Below are positions 17,887 to 27,804 of a stretch of 64,000 nucleotides of DNA, in pieces. Location of the stretch: NCBI GenBank assembly GCA_965203165.1, contig OZ241849.1:2766861-2830860 (forward strand), written 5' to 3'. The number at the start of each line of letters is the position of its first letter. Within the stretch, counting starts at the first letter, position 1. The translations under genes were made by a program, and so were the position numbers. Below the pieces are notes generated by a model. It did not search any database. It had not been told where the DNA came from and saw only the letters and a list, made by a program, of their open reading frames with translations. Source of the DNA: Dehalococcoidia bacterium. GTDB lineage: Bacteria > Chloroflexota > Dehalococcoidia > Bin125.

Positions 17887-19533
17887 ATGAAGAGCGACGA
17901 GTTGCACGAGCGGATCGATGCGGTGGCGCCGCTGGGCTCGGCGGTGCAGCCGAGCTCGGCCGAGTTCCGCGCCAACGCGGAGTGGATGCGCGGCCTGGTC
18001 GCCGAGCTGCGCGAGCGCGAGGCGGCCGCGCGCGCGGGCGGCGGCGAACGCGCCGTCGAGCGCCACCACGCGCGCGGCAAGCTGCTCGCCCGCGAGCGCA
18101 TCGAGCGCCTGCTCGACCCCGCATCGCCCTTCCTCGAACTCAGCCCGCTCGCCGCGACGGGGATGTACCACGACGAAGCGCCCGGCGCGGGCATTGTCAG
18201 CGGCATCGGCCGCGTGGCGGGGCGCGAGATCGCGATCATCGCCAACGACGCCACCGTCAAGGGCGGTTCCTACTACCCGATCACGGTGAAGAAGCATCTC
18301 CGCGCGCAGGAGATTGCGGAGCAAAACCAGCTGCCCTGCATCTACCTCGTCGACTCCGGCGGCGCGTTCCTGCCGATGCAGGCCGAGGTGTTTCCCGACC
18401 GCGACCACTTCGGGCGCATCTTCTTCAACCAGGCGCGGATGTCCGCGCAGGGCATCCCCCAGATCGCCGCCGTGATGGGCTCCTGCACGGCGGGCGGCGC
18501 CTACGTCCCCGCAATGAGCGACGAGGCGATCATCGTCGACGGCGTCGGCACGATCTTCCTCGGCGGCCCGCCGCTCGTCCGCGCCGCCACCGGCGAAGAG
18601 ATCTCGGCTGAAGACCTCGGCGGTGGCATCGTTCACAGCCAGGTCTCCGGCGTTGCCGACCATCTCGCCGGCGACGACGCGCACGCGCTCGAGCTGGTCC
18701 GCGCCGCGGTCGACTCGCTGGGCGCAAGCCCGCCGCCCGCGCCCTGGACCCGCGCCGAGATCGAAGAGCCGCTGCACGACCCCGAAGAGCTTTACGGCGT
18801 CGTGCCCCAATCGACCCGCCACAGCTACGACGTGCGGGAAGTGATCGCCCGCCTGGTCGACGGCTCGCGCCTGCACGAGTTCAAGCCCTCCTGGGGCGCC
18901 ACGCTCGTCTGCGGCTTCGCCCGCCTGCTCGGCTACCCCGTGGGCATCGTGGCCAACAACGGCATCCTCTTCTCCGAGAGCGCGCTCAAGGGCGCGCATT
19001 TCATCCAACTCTGCGCGCGCCGCAAGATCCCGCTCGTCTTCCTGCAAAACATCACCGGCTTCATGGTCGGGCGGCGCTACGAGCACGAGGGCATCGCCAA
19101 GCACGGCGCGAAGATGGTCACCGCTGTGGCCTGCGCCGCCGTGCCCAAATTCAGCGTCGTGCTGGGCGGCTCCTTCGGCGCGGGCAACTACGCGATGTGC
19201 GGGCGCGCCTACAGCCCGCGCCTGCTCTGGGGCTGGCCCAACGCCCGCGTCTCCGTGATGGGCGGCGAGCAGGCCGCCAATGTGCTGCTCACGATCCGAC
19301 TCGACAACCTGCGCGCGCGCGGCGAAGAAATGACCGCCGACGAGCAGGCCGAATTCATGGCGCCCACGCTCGAAAAGTACGAGCAGGAGGGCTCCGCTTG
19401 GTACAGCACCGCCCGCATCTGGGACGACGGCATTCTCGACCCGCTCGACACCCGCACCGCGCTCGGCGTCGGCATCGCCGCCTCGCTCAACGCGCCGATT
19501 CCCGACTCCCAGTTCGGCGTCTTCCGGATGTAG
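17887..19533 (+). CDS. Acyl-CoA carboxylase carboxyltransferase beta subunit (methylcrotonyl-CoA carboxylase beta-like)
   Basis: [74 protein letters not shown]. Start at ATG 17887 (ORF opens at 17821). Confidence 0.9.
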   Translation: MKSDELHERIDAVAPLGSAVQPSSAEFRANAEWMRGLVAELREREAAARAGGGERAVERHHARGKLLARERIERLLDPASPFLELSPLAATGMYHDEAPGAGIVSGIGRVAGREIAIIANDATVKGGSYYPITVKKHLRAQEIAEQNQLPCIYLVDSGGAFLPMQAEVFPDRDHFGRIFFNQARMSAQGIPQIAAVMGSCTAGGAYVPAMSDEAIIVDGVGTIFLGGPPLVRAATGEEISAEDLGGGIVHSQVSGVADHLAGDDAHALELVRAAVDSLGASPPPAPWTRAEIEEPLHDPEELYGVVPQSTRHSYDVREVIARLVDGSRLHEFKPSWGATLVCGFARLLGYPVGIVANNGILFSESALKGAHFIQLCARRKIPLVFLQNITGFMVGRRYEHEGIAKHGAKMVTAVACAAVPKFSVVLGGSFGAGNYAMCGRAYSPRLLWGWPNARVSVMGGEQAANVLLTIRLDNLRARGEEMTADEQAEFMAPTLEKYEQEGSAWYSTARIWDDGILDPLDTRTALGVGIAASLNAPIPDSQFGVFRM

Positions 19534-19595
19534 CCCCCGTGCCCGACCAGACCGCCGATCCGCCGACCGAACAGCCGGACGCCGCCGACTCGCGC

Positions 19596-22148
19596 ATGCC
19601 CTACCTGCCGGCGCTCGACGGCATTCGCGCGCTCGCCGTGCTGGCCGTGGTGATCTTCCACACCAGCGAAGCCTGGCTCTCCGCCGGCTTCCTCGGCGTC
19701 GATGTCTTTTTCGTCGTCAGCGGCTTCCTGATCACCGCGCTGCTCGTCGCCGAGCGCGAGCGGGCCGGCCGCGTCGACCTGCGCGCTTTCTGGATCCGCC
19801 GCGCGCGGCGCTTGCTGCCCGCCCTCGCGTTCGTCCTCGCCGCCACCACCGTCTACGCCGTTCTCCTGCTCGGCGACCAACTGCTCACTCACCTCCGCGA
19901 GGTGTTCGCCGCCGTCGTCTACGTCACCAACTGGGACCTGATCCTGCGCGATGTCTCCTATTTCGAGTCGTTCGACCGCCCCTCGCAGCTGCGCCATCTC
20001 TGGTCGCTCGCCGTCGAGGAGCAGTTCTATCTGCTCTGGCCGCTGGTGTTCGTGGGGCTCTCGCGCTTCCTCTCGCGCCGCCTGGTGCTGGCGATCGTGC
20101 TGCTGTTGGCGGCGGCCTCGCTGGTCTGGATGATCCGGCTCTACACGCCCGGCGAAGACCCCTCGCGCGTCTACTTCGGCAGCGACCCGCGCGCCTTCAC
20201 CATTCTGATCGGCGTCGCGCTCGGCCTCGTCTGGCGGCCCTGGCGCTGGCAGTGGCCCGAGCAGCGCCGCCTGCCCTGCCGACTGCTCGACCTGATCGGA
20301 CTCGCCGGTCTCGCCGCCGTCGTGCTGATCATGCAGCAGGGCCACTGGCGCGAAGCCTGGCTCTACCCGTGGGGACTGCTCGGCGCGTCCGTCGCCTCCG
20401 CCGCGCTGATCGCCGCCGTCGCCCGCCGCCGCTGGGTACTCGGTCGGGCGTTGGGCGCGGGACCGCTGCGCTGGCTCGGCACCCGCTCCTACGGCGTCTA
20501 CCTCTGGCACTGGCCGGTGTTGCTCGCGCTCAGCTTCGAGCTCGACCTCAGCGGCGTCGCGCTGTTCGCCGCCGGCGCGCCGATCAGCGCCGCCCTCGCG
20601 GAAGTCAGCTACCGCTGGGTCGAGACGCCGATCCGGCGCGGCGAGTTCCGCCTGCGGCTGCTCCCGCCGCGCGCCCAGACCGCCGCCGTGTCGGCGGCCG
20701 CGGCGGCCGTCTTCGCCGCCGCCATCGTCGGCATCGTCCTGATCGATGCCGACGATTCCTCCGCGCTGGAGAATTTCGCCGTGGTGATCGATGCCGAGGA
20801 CGCCGCGGCGGCCGAAGCGGCCGAACCAGAGTCGTCGTTCATCGCCGCCGCCGCGCCTGAAACTGAGGCAGACGCAGACTCCGACGACCCGCCCCCGCTG
20901 ATCATCTCCGGCGCGGACGACGACTCAGCTGAGTCTGCGGAGGATGATCATGCGGCCGAGATTCGGCGCCGCTGGCAGCTGCCCAAGGCGCGCCGCGCTG
21001 ATGTCGAGCCGCCTGCGCGGGCCGACTCCGGCTCCGACTCCGCACCGCCAGGGCAGGCTGCTTCGGATTCTGCGGGCGACGCCTTGGCGGCGGTCGATAT
21101 GGACGCGGGGATCGGCCCTGAGATCGGCCCTGAGATCGGCCCTGAGATCGCGCCGGCCACCGCCTTTGAGTTCGGGCTGCTTGTGCTCCCGTCGGAGCTG
21201 GAGCGGGGCGGCGGCTCCGAGCCGCTGGCGGAGCCGCCCCTGTTCAGCTACGAGGTGCGCGCGGGCGACTCGCCGCATCGGATCGCCAGGACCTTCGGCA
21301 CGACCGCAGAGCGGCTGGTGGAGCTCAACGGGGAGGAGATCATGGAGGTTGTCCATGCCGGCGACTTGGTGGTTGTGCCTTGCCCGGACCGGATGCCCTG
21401 CGCGGTGATCGAGATTGCTACGCGCGGGCCGGGCTGCGTGAGTTGGAGCAGCCGGCTCGGTGAGGAGCGGGTCTGCCGCGGCGTGGGGGCGCTGATCGGC
21501 CTGCCGGCGGCTTTTGCCGCGGAAGGTGGGCTGCTGGCCTCACCGACCGTCTGGGAGTGGGGCGGCAGGAGCGTGCAGTCGGACACATTCGAGCTCAGGC
21601 CGGGCGATGTCGACGGCAGCGGCGATCCGCTGATTGTGCGCTTCGGGATCGCGCCGCTGGCGATCGGCGACTCGGTGATGGTCGGGGCCGCCCGCATGTT
21701 GAGCGAGCGCGGCCTCGACGTCGACGCCGTCGGCGCGCGCAGCGCGCACAGCAGCATGCGGGCGCTGGAGCGCCATCTCGCCGACGGTCCCCGCGAGGCC
21801 GTCGTTTTTCACGGTGTGGGCTACGAATTCGTGGACGAGGAGGATTTTGAGCGGCTGATGCGCATCGTCGAAAACGTCGACCACCTGATCGTGCTGACTC
21901 GTCAGTTCCCGCAGCGCGATCCCTGGATTCGCCTGGAGCGCGACGGCAACCGAATGCTGCGCGAGGGCGCGGCGCGATACGCCAAGGTGACGTTGATCGA
22001 CTGGCATCAGGTGACTGACGGGCGCGAAGATGAGCTGACCTACGATGGGACGCACCTGCGGCCGGCCGGTCTCCAGATTTACGTGCAGATGATTGTGGAA
22101 GCGATTGAGGCGGGGCCTTCGGGGGGTGTGGGGCGCGCGCCGGAGTAG
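19596..22148 (+). CDS. Acyltransferase-3 (OafA-like) membrane protein with LysM and C-terminal SGNH-like domain
   Basis: MPYLPALDGIRALAVLAVVIFH plus a multi-TM region. LysM-like YEVRAGDSPHRIARTFGTTAERLVELNG. C-terminal GDSVM...DGTHL (SGNH Ser and Asp/His). Alternative GTG start at 19539. Confidence 0.8.
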   Translation: MPYLPALDGIRALAVLAVVIFHTSEAWLSAGFLGVDVFFVVSGFLITALLVAERERAGRVDLRAFWIRRARRLLPALAFVLAATTVYAVLLLGDQLLTHLREVFAAVVYVTNWDLILRDVSYFESFDRPSQLRHLWSLAVEEQFYLLWPLVFVGLSRFLSRRLVLAIVLLLAAASLVWMIRLYTPGEDPSRVYFGSDPRAFTILIGVALGLVWRPWRWQWPEQRRLPCRLLDLIGLAGLAAVVLIMQQGHWREAWLYPWGLLGASVASAALIAAVARRRWVLGRALGAGPLRWLGTRSYGVYLWHWPVLLALSFELDLSGVALFAAGAPISAALAEVSYRWVETPIRRGEFRLRLLPPRAQTAAVSAAAAAVFAAAIVGIVLIDADDSSALENFAVVIDAEDAAAAEAAEPESSFIAAAAPETEADADSDDPPPLIISGADDDSAESAEDDHAAEIRRRWQLPKARRADVEPPARADSGSDSAPPGQAASDSAGDALAAVDMDAGIGPEIGPEIGPEIAPATAFEFGLLVLPSELERGGGSEPLAEPPLFSYEVRAGDSPHRIARTFGTTAERLVELNGEEIMEVVHAGDLVVVPCPDRMPCAVIEIATRGPGCVSWSSRLGEERVCRGVGALIGLPAAFAAEGGLLASPTVWEWGGRSVQSDTFELRPGDVDGSGDPLIVRFGIAPLAIGDSVMVGAARMLSERGLDVDAVGARSAHSSMRALERHLADGPREAVVFHGVGYEFVDEEDFERLMRIVENVDHLIVLTRQFPQRDPWIRLERDGNRMLREGAARYAKVTLIDWHQVTDGREDELTYDGTHLRPAGLQIYVQMIVEAIEAGPSGGVGRAPE

Positions 22149-22155
22149 TGCGCTG

Positions 22156-22557
22156 CTACTCGCCGTAGCCGGTGACGTTGACTACGTCGCGGCGCTTGAA
22201 GCGCCACTCGCCATTGTGCTTGATGATGATGTCCTCATAGCCGAGTAGCATTGAGGTTACGCCGTCGGGGGTGGGGATTTTGAAGTCGAGGAAGCACTTG
22301 TGGCGCACCTCTTCGCCCTTGACCTCGAAGAGGTGGTTGTCGGTGAAGTGCATGCCGCCGGGGAACTGCTCGGCGAGTTGGTGGGCGAAGGCGATCAGCT
22401 GGTCGCGGCCTTCGGCGTGGCCGGCGGGGCCGCTGAAGACGCCGTCGGGCGTGAAGGTGTCGGCCCAGCCGGGGCCGTCGGCCTGGTCGACGGTGTAGTT
22501 GTAGACGGAGCAGAGGTCGATGATCGCGAAGCGGTCTTCGAGCGAGATGGCGGGCAT
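22156..22557 (-). CDS. SnoaL-like / NTF2-fold protein
   Basis: 133 aa. DRFAIIDLCSVYNYTVD...W...FTPDGVF is the pattern of the SnoaL_4 family. Confidence 0.6.
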   Translation of the reverse strand: MPAISLEDRFAIIDLCSVYNYTVDQADGPGWADTFTPDGVFSGPAGHAEGRDQLIAFAHQLAEQFPGGMHFTDNHLFEVKGEEVRHKCFLDFKIPTPDGVTSMLLGYEDIIIKHNGEWRFKRRDVVNVTGYGE

Positions 22558-22612
22558 GGGCGGGTTCCTCTCGTGCGATCGGGCAGGTTGGCGCGCGGGC
22601 TGGGCGGGCGGC

Positions 22613-23011
22613 TCAGTCGAGCACGGCGATCGCTTCGACCTCGATCAGCAGGTCGGGCAGCGCGAGCGCCTGCACGCCGATCAGGGTGCTGGCGGGCGGC
22701 GGTCCGTCGCCGAAGACGGCGCGGCGGGCGGCGCCGAGGTCGCGCCCCAGGCTGGGGTCGTAGTTGACGATGTAGACATTGGTCTTGGCCACGTCGGCGA
22801 TGGTCGCGCCGGCCGCTTCGAGCGCGATTGCCAGGTTTTCGTAGGCCTTTTTCGCCTGGGCGGCGAAGTCGCCCTGGCCGACAATGCCGCCTTCTGCGTC
22901 CCAGGCGACCTGCCCGGAGATGTAGACGGTGCGCCGCCCTTCGGCGACCACGACCTGCGAGAAGGTGGGAGCGTTGATCAGTCCGTCGACCTTGAGATGT
23001 TCGAGCGCCAT
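22613..23011 (-). CDS. RidA/YjgF family protein
   Basis: TVYISGQVAWD..G.IVG.GDF.AQAKKAYENL...VAKTNVYI...ASTLIGV..LA.PDLLIEVEAIAV. Start at ATG 23011. Confidence 0.85.
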   Translation of the reverse strand: MALEHLKVDGLINAPTFSQVVVAEGRRTVYISGQVAWDAEGGIVGQGDFAAQAKKAYENLAIALEAAGATIADVAKTNVYIVNYDPSLGRDLGAARRAVFGDGPPPASTLIGVQALALPDLLIEVEAIAVLD

Positions 23012-23114
23012 GCGGGACTCCTTCGCTGTGCGGTGCGTCCAAGATAGCGCTGTCGGGGGCGGTATCGTGCCCACAGCTGAGCGCGGGCGGGCAAGAGCAG
23101 GCAGGGAGCGAACG

Positions 23115-23747
23115 ATGGCGAATGCGGAACGGCTGGAGATGACGCTGGCGGAGGCGATTTACTCGATGCGGGCGATTCGGCGGGTGCGGCCGGATCCGAT
23201 CGCGGATGAGGACATCGAGTTGATGCTCGACGCGGCGCGGCAAGCGCCCAACGGCGGCAACGCGCAGCCCTGGCACTTTCTGGTGGTGCAGGACGCGGAT
23301 CAGATTCGCCGCTTCGCGCCGCTCTACCGCGAGGCCTGGTGGGCGAAGCGGGCGGATGCGGGGATTGTGGAGCCCGACGACGAGCGGCTGCAAACGCCGG
23401 TGATGCGCTCGGCGCGGCGGCTGGCGGACGAGATCGGCGAGGCGCCGCTGCTGATTTTGCTCTGCGCCACGGCGCCGGGCGAGGCGGCCGCGGCGTCGGT
23501 CATTCCGTCGGTGCAGAATCTGTTGCTGGCCGCGCGTGCGCTGGGGATCGGCGGGAACATCACGACGCTGCATTCGTCGGTCGATGGGCGGGTGAAGACG
23601 CTGTTCAACATTCCGGAGCAGGCGCAGGTGGTCTACTGCGTGCCGCTGGGCTACCCAAAAGGCCGCTTCGGCCCGCTCAACCGCAAGCCGCTGGCCGAGG
23701 TGGTGTCGCAGGATCGCTGGGGCGAGCGGCCGGAGTGGGCGGGGTAG
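23115..23747 (+). CDS. Nitroreductase family protein
   Basis: MRAIRRVRPDPI..EDIELMLDAARQAPNGGNAQPWHFLVV. ATG 23115 follows GGGAG. Confidence 0.85.
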   Translation: MANAERLEMTLAEAIYSMRAIRRVRPDPIADEDIELMLDAARQAPNGGNAQPWHFLVVQDADQIRRFAPLYREAWWAKRADAGIVEPDDERLQTPVMRSARRLADEIGEAPLLILLCATAPGEAAAASVIPSVQNLLLAARALGIGGNITTLHSSVDGRVKTLFNIPEQAQVVYCVPLGYPKGRFGPLNRKPLAEVVSQDRWGERPEWAG

Positions 23748-23768
23748 ACGATGGCACGGGCACGATTA

Positions 23769-23788
23769 CGCCGCCCCTGAGGGCGGCG
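23769..23788 (+). terminator. Hairpin after the nitroreductase gene (weak intrinsic terminator)
   Basis: CGCCGCCC-CTGA-GGGCGGCG followed by CTTTCG. The T-tract is poor. Confidence 0.35.
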
Positions 23789-24148
23789 CTTTCGCGATAG
23801 CGACACTCCGCTATCCACCCGTTGATCGTATCCGGCGCTCGCTGTCTTGCCAAGAGGCGCGGCCACGGCTGCCGAATACTGAAAGCGCCGGTAGCCGCTT
23901 GGGCACCGGCGCCGATGGCGAAAGTTCACCATCCACTGAAGCGATCATAGCCCGCACCGCCAGGTGCGTTCACGCTTAGCGCGACTCCGCTGCCCCTGCG
24001 CCCTCACACCCGCGCACACCCCTCCTCCCTCCCCGCCTCACCTCTCCCGTCACACCCGCGCGCGCCCCTCTCCCGTCACACCCGCGCCCTGCCTCTCCCG
24101 TCATACCCGCGCGCCGCCTCTCCCATCACACCCGCGCGCCCCCCTCTC

Positions 24149-24336
24149 CCGTCATACCCGCGCTCGCCGCGGGTATCTCGCCGAGTTCTGCACGGAGCCC
24201 CGAGCGCGCCACCCCACATGTTCCGGTGGCGCTCAGACGCCACTTGAGCTGGTGTGACGAGCGGGGGTGCGGGAGGCGGGGACACTACTTGGTGCTCGCC
24301 GCGGCGAGATACCCGCGGCGAGCGCGGGTATGACAG
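24149..24336. mobile_element. MITE-like unit of family 1 (inverted terminal hairpin copies), preceded by half-site iterations from about 24003
   Basis: Left end is CCGTCATACCCGCGCTCGCCGCGGGTATCTCGCCG. Right end is CGGCGAGATACCCGCGGCGAGCGCGGGTATGACAG. The interior resembles those of the 40214..40420 and 53548..53757 elements. Confidence 0.7.
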
Positions 24337-24401
24337 TAGAGGTGGGGCGTGGGTACGGCGGGTTTGTGGGCGGTGGGGTTTGAGGCTTGCGAAAGCAAGC
24401 C

Positions 24402-25511
24402 CTACGGGATCAGCATGGAGCGGGAGACGCTGGTGTCGCGCTCGTGCCATTCGCTGTCCTCGAAGGCCTGGTTGACCTCGGCCAGCGGATAGGTGTGCGA
24501 GACGATCTTGTCGTAGGGGATGTCGCGCTGATTCTTGCGCAGCATGTCCATCATCAGCGGGAGCAGGTGCGGGCGGTACATCACCGAGCCCATGATCTTC
24601 TTGCCGCTGAGCAGCAGGGTCGGGTCGATCTCGACCGTGTTGCCGCGCACGATGTCGCCGATCTCGACGAATGTCCCGCCGTTGGCGAGGTAGTCGATCC
24701 CCTCGGCGAGCAGCTCGGAGCGCCCGACCAGCTCCATCACGATGTTCGCGCCGCGGCCTTCGGTGAGTTCCCAGACGGCGGCGCGGCGGGTCGAGCGGGT
24801 GTTGAACTCCTCGATGTTGATCGTGTGGTCCGCGCCGAACTGCTCGGCCAGCGCGAGGCGCTGGGGCAGGCGGTCGAGCACGATCACCTTGTGCGCGCCC
24901 ATGTCCTTGGCCATCGCGGTGGCGTTGAGCCCCAGCCCGCCGGCGCCCTGGATCACGACGAAGTCGTTCTCCTTGCAGCCGGCGCGCATCAGCCCCTCGG
25001 TCACGGTGCCCATCGCGCAGTTGACGAAGCCAAGGATCTCATCGGGCAGATCGTCGGGCACTTTGTAGACGGGGTGGTTGGGGCGCAGGTGGTAGTAGTC
25101 GGCGTAGGTGCCGGTGAAGTAGGGCGGCGCTCCGGCTTCGCGCGACCATGCGCCGCGGTCGGAGCACCAGTTGGGCTCGCCGCGCGAGCACTGGTAGCAG
25201 CGCCCGCAGGGGGTGATCGCGGAGTACATCACGCGGTCGCCGACGGCGAGCGGCTTGCCCAGCGAGTCGGAGTCGACGCCGTCGCCGAGCGCGTGGACGA
25301 CGCCGGTGCCCTCGTGCCCCATCACGCGGCCGTTGGCGGGCAGCGGGTTGTTGATCATGTCGCCGCGCCAGGTGTGCAGGTCGGAGCCGCAGACGCCGGC
25401 CTGGGTGATGCGCAGGAGGATCGCGCCCGGCTCTGGTTCGGGCACGGGGTACTCCTCGATCACGAAGGGCTGGCGGTATTCCTTGACAACGACGACGCGT
25501 CCAGTGGCCAT
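24402..25511 (-). CDS. Zinc-dependent alcohol dehydrogenase family protein
   Basis: GVCGSDLHTWRGD, GHEGTGVV and structural-Zn CGRCYQC motifs. ATG 25511 follows GGAAGGAG. Confidence 0.85.
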   Translation of the reverse strand: MATGRVVVVKEYRQPFVIEEYPVPEPEPGAILLRITQAGVCGSDLHTWRGDMINNPLPANGRVMGHEGTGVVHALGDGVDSDSLGKPLAVGDRVMYSAITPCGRCYQCSRGEPNWCSDRGAWSREAGAPPYFTGTYADYYHLRPNHPVYKVPDDLPDEILGFVNCAMGTVTEGLMRAGCKENDFVVIQGAGGLGLNATAMAKDMGAHKVIVLDRLPQRLALAEQFGADHTINIEEFNTRSTRRAAVWELTEGRGANIVMELVGRSELLAEGIDYLANGGTFVEIGDIVRGNTVEIDPTLLLSGKKIMGSVMYRPHLLPLMMDMLRKNQRDIPYDKIVSHTYPLAEVNQAFEDSEWHERDTSVSRSMLIP

Positions 25512-25626
25512 GCTGCGCTCCTTCCCAGCCTTTGCGTTGGGGCGCAGGCTAGCGATTCCGCGATGGGCGCGGGCTGCGGCTCTGGTATCTTCGCAAGAGA
25601 TCGAGACGAAAGACGAATTCGAGCTC

Positions 25627-26280
25627 ATGCTTCAGCCCGATCCCTACGACCAGTCGCTGATTGACTCGATGATGCTGCTGACGCTGTGGACCCGGGCCGC
25701 GCCCGAAGACGGCGCGCCGTCGATCGGCGATCGCCAACGCTTGATGAAGCTCGCCTTCTTGTTCTCGCACGCGCTGTCGGAAGAGCGGATCGACGCGCTG
25801 GGGCTGTCGTTCTTCCGCTGGCACTGGGGCGCCACATCGGACGGCGTGTTTCGGGCCTGGACGTATCTGAGCGAAGCGGGCCTGCTCAGCGAGGATGAGC
25901 AGTGGACGGTGGCGGAAGAGGGGGTCAAGTTCGCCGACGACTGGTACCGCGATGTGCTCTGCGCGGAAGAGAACGCGCCGACGCGGGCGGTGCTCGACCG
26001 TGTGGCGGCGCGCTGGCGCTCGTACCCCGATTCCGCGCCGCTGGTCGATGCGGCCTACGAGGCGATGGTGCAACCTGAGCCGTCGTTGGCGCCGCTGCCC
26101 GTGCGCGAGGTCGAGCAGGGCGATCCGCTGCTGACGCCGGCCAACGGTGCAGCCAGTTCAACGCTGGATGTCGATTGGGACTTCATCGAAACGCTCGGGC
26201 TGATGCGCAGCGGTTACTCGCAGGCCGCAATCAGCGCCGCCGAGGAGGATTTCCGTGCCGGGCGATTTTCCGTGGCCTGA
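25627..26280 (+). CDS. Panacea (DUF4065/SocA-like antitoxin) domain-like protein
   Basis: RLMKLAFLFSHALSEERIDALGLSFFRWHWGATSDGVF resembles the DUF4065 core (KL.KL.Y......g.pl....f..w..GP.s..v). This is recalled similarity only. Confidence 0.4.
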   Translation: MLQPDPYDQSLIDSMMLLTLWTRAAPEDGAPSIGDRQRLMKLAFLFSHALSEERIDALGLSFFRWHWGATSDGVFRAWTYLSEAGLLSEDEQWTVAEEGVKFADDWYRDVLCAEENAPTRAVLDRVAARWRSYPDSAPLVDAAYEAMVQPEPSLAPLPVREVEQGDPLLTPANGAASSTLDVDWDFIETLGLMRSGYSQAAISAAEEDFRAGRFSVA

Positions 26281-26360
26281 CGCGCCGGGCTGGGAGGTAG
26301 TGCGGCTCGTGGCCGCCCACCGCCCCCGCGATGTCATACATTGTGTGGACAGGGGATGCC

Positions 26361-27188
26361 ATGGAACGACGGCTGAGCATCCGGATGGCAGGGCCTGAGG
26401 TGCCGGAGGGCAAGTTCGCGCTCCGCGACCTCCAGCGCATCGTGCATCCGCTTGAGCAGGCGGTGCGCGCGCTGCTCCCCGCGAGCAAGCCGGACGGCGT
26501 CCAGAAGGGGCGGCCGCGAAAGCCGCAGGTGCGGTTCTTGCTGTCGGCCATTGAGTCCGGATCGGCAGTCGCCAGCGGCGAGATCGATATGGACCTGGAA
26601 CCGACCCTGGAGAATTTTGGGGTCGAACCACTCGTCCAACTCGTTGAGGGGCTTGACGGAACGAGTGCCCGGCTTCCCGAGAACTCGCGCCGGCACCTGG
26701 ACCGAATCGCACAGAACTTGCCGGATGGTGTGGACTACGTCGAGCTGGTTGTGCCCGCCGAAGAGAAGTCGGCCCGCATCTACCGTCGCCGTCCGCCCGA
26801 TCAGCCGACCGGCCGAGCAGAGAAAGCCGCGACGCTTTCGGGGCGCCTGATGTCCATCGACTTCCGCAACGGCTTTGCCCGGCTGGAGGTGCAAGCGGAA
26901 CGGCGGCAAAAGGCGGCGGCGCAGATGGTGCTGCTGCGCTTCCCCGACGAACTCGCGAACGACGTACAGCGTTGCGCTCGCCAACAGGTGAGCGTTCACG
27001 GCATCGCCATGCTGGACGCGGGCGGGGCGATCGAATCGCTCAATGTCCAGCGAATCCACGTCACTCTCGACGATCGACGAGGGCTTTGGGCGCCCAAGCG
27101 GCTGCGTTGGCCGACCCCCGACGAACGGCTGGACAACGTTGACATGCAGGAGTTTCTGCGGACCTCGAGTGAAGAGGACGAGGCATGA
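26361..27188 (+). CDS. Hypothetical protein (275 aa) translationally coupled to the PIN gene
   Basis: ATG 26361 follows AGGGGA (alternative ATG 26331). The stop overlaps the PIN start (ATGA at 27185-27188). No recognisable domain. Confidence 0.55.
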   Translation: MERRLSIRMAGPEVPEGKFALRDLQRIVHPLEQAVRALLPASKPDGVQKGRPRKPQVRFLLSAIESGSAVASGEIDMDLEPTLENFGVEPLVQLVEGLDGTSARLPENSRRHLDRIAQNLPDGVDYVELVVPAEEKSARIYRRRPPDQPTGRAEKAATLSGRLMSIDFRNGFARLEVQAERRQKAAAQMVLLRFPDELANDVQRCARQQVSVHGIAMLDAGGAIESLNVQRIHVTLDDRRGLWAPKRLRWPTPDERLDNVDMQEFLRTSSEEDEA

Positions 27189-27622
27189 TCTCCGGCGCGC
27201 ATGTGGACATCGTGCCCGATACCAATATCGTCATCTCGCTCCTGTCGAATCACCCGGACGAAGTGGAGCGCGCAGAACTCTACCGCCGCCATCTGGAGGG
27301 CAAGGCGGCGGCGATCTCATTCCAGACAGAGGCGGAGTTGCAAGTCCAACGTGAGACACAGCGCTGGGACGAAGCGAAGCTGATGAATCATCTCAGCAAC
27401 TACGAGATTGTGCCGTTTTCCGACGAGCTGCGCGCGTGCTATATCGCGATCCGTTCGGAAGCAGTGCGGCGGAACAGGCGAAACGAGGGACCGCTGGTCA
27501 GTCCAGCCGACGGCTGGATAGCCGCTGCGGCGCTGATGCTGGACTGCCCGCTCGTTACGCACGATCGTAGGCTGTCGCAGAGTCCGTTGATCACAGTGAT
27601 CACCGAGCTGCCCGAAGCGTGA
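27185..27622 (+). CDS. PIN-domain (VapC-like) ribonuclease toxin
   Basis: Acidic residues in PIN order: VPDTNIV, TEAEL, PADGWIAAAA, LVTHDRR. 145 aa. Confidence 0.7.
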   Translation: MISGAHVDIVPDTNIVISLLSNHPDEVERAELYRRHLEGKAAAISFQTEAELQVQRETQRWDEAKLMNHLSNYEIVPFSDELRACYIAIRSEAVRRNRRNEGPLVSPADGWIAAAALMLDCPLVTHDRRLSQSPLITVITELPEA

Positions 27623-27671
27623 CCGCGCGAGTCTTGCGAGGTGGTATCGCAAGCTCGACAGAAAGTACCGG

Positions 27672-27749
27672 TTACCGCTCGTCGTAGGTTTCGAAATAGC
27701 GGGTTTTGACGGCCTTTTGGTTTTCGTAGATCGAGCCCTGACTGGGGGC
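27672..27749 (-). pseudogene. Orphan 3'-end fragment of a phyH-like gene (duplicate of 29154..29231)
   Basis: Encodes ..APSQGSIYENQKAVKTRYFETYDER*, versus ..APSQGSIYENQKAVKNRYFETYEDQ* at the end of CDS 29154..30074. I count 64/78 identical nucleotides. Confidence 0.8.
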
Positions 27750-27804
27750 ATAGACAGCAAACGAATCTGCCGCCACGATCGGCCGCATAAGCATGGGCAG
27801 GCTG

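Noticed and set aside
21105-21150. 12-bp tandem repeat encoding GIGPEIGPEIGPEI inside the acyltransferase gene
   Set aside because: It is a short in-frame linker microsatellite in an Ala/Asp-rich disordered spacer. Real, but not informative.
23789-23990. Possible small RNA in the gap after the nitroreductase terminator
   Set aside because: I could find no convincing promoter, nested helices or known motif, unlike the 10040-10225 region.
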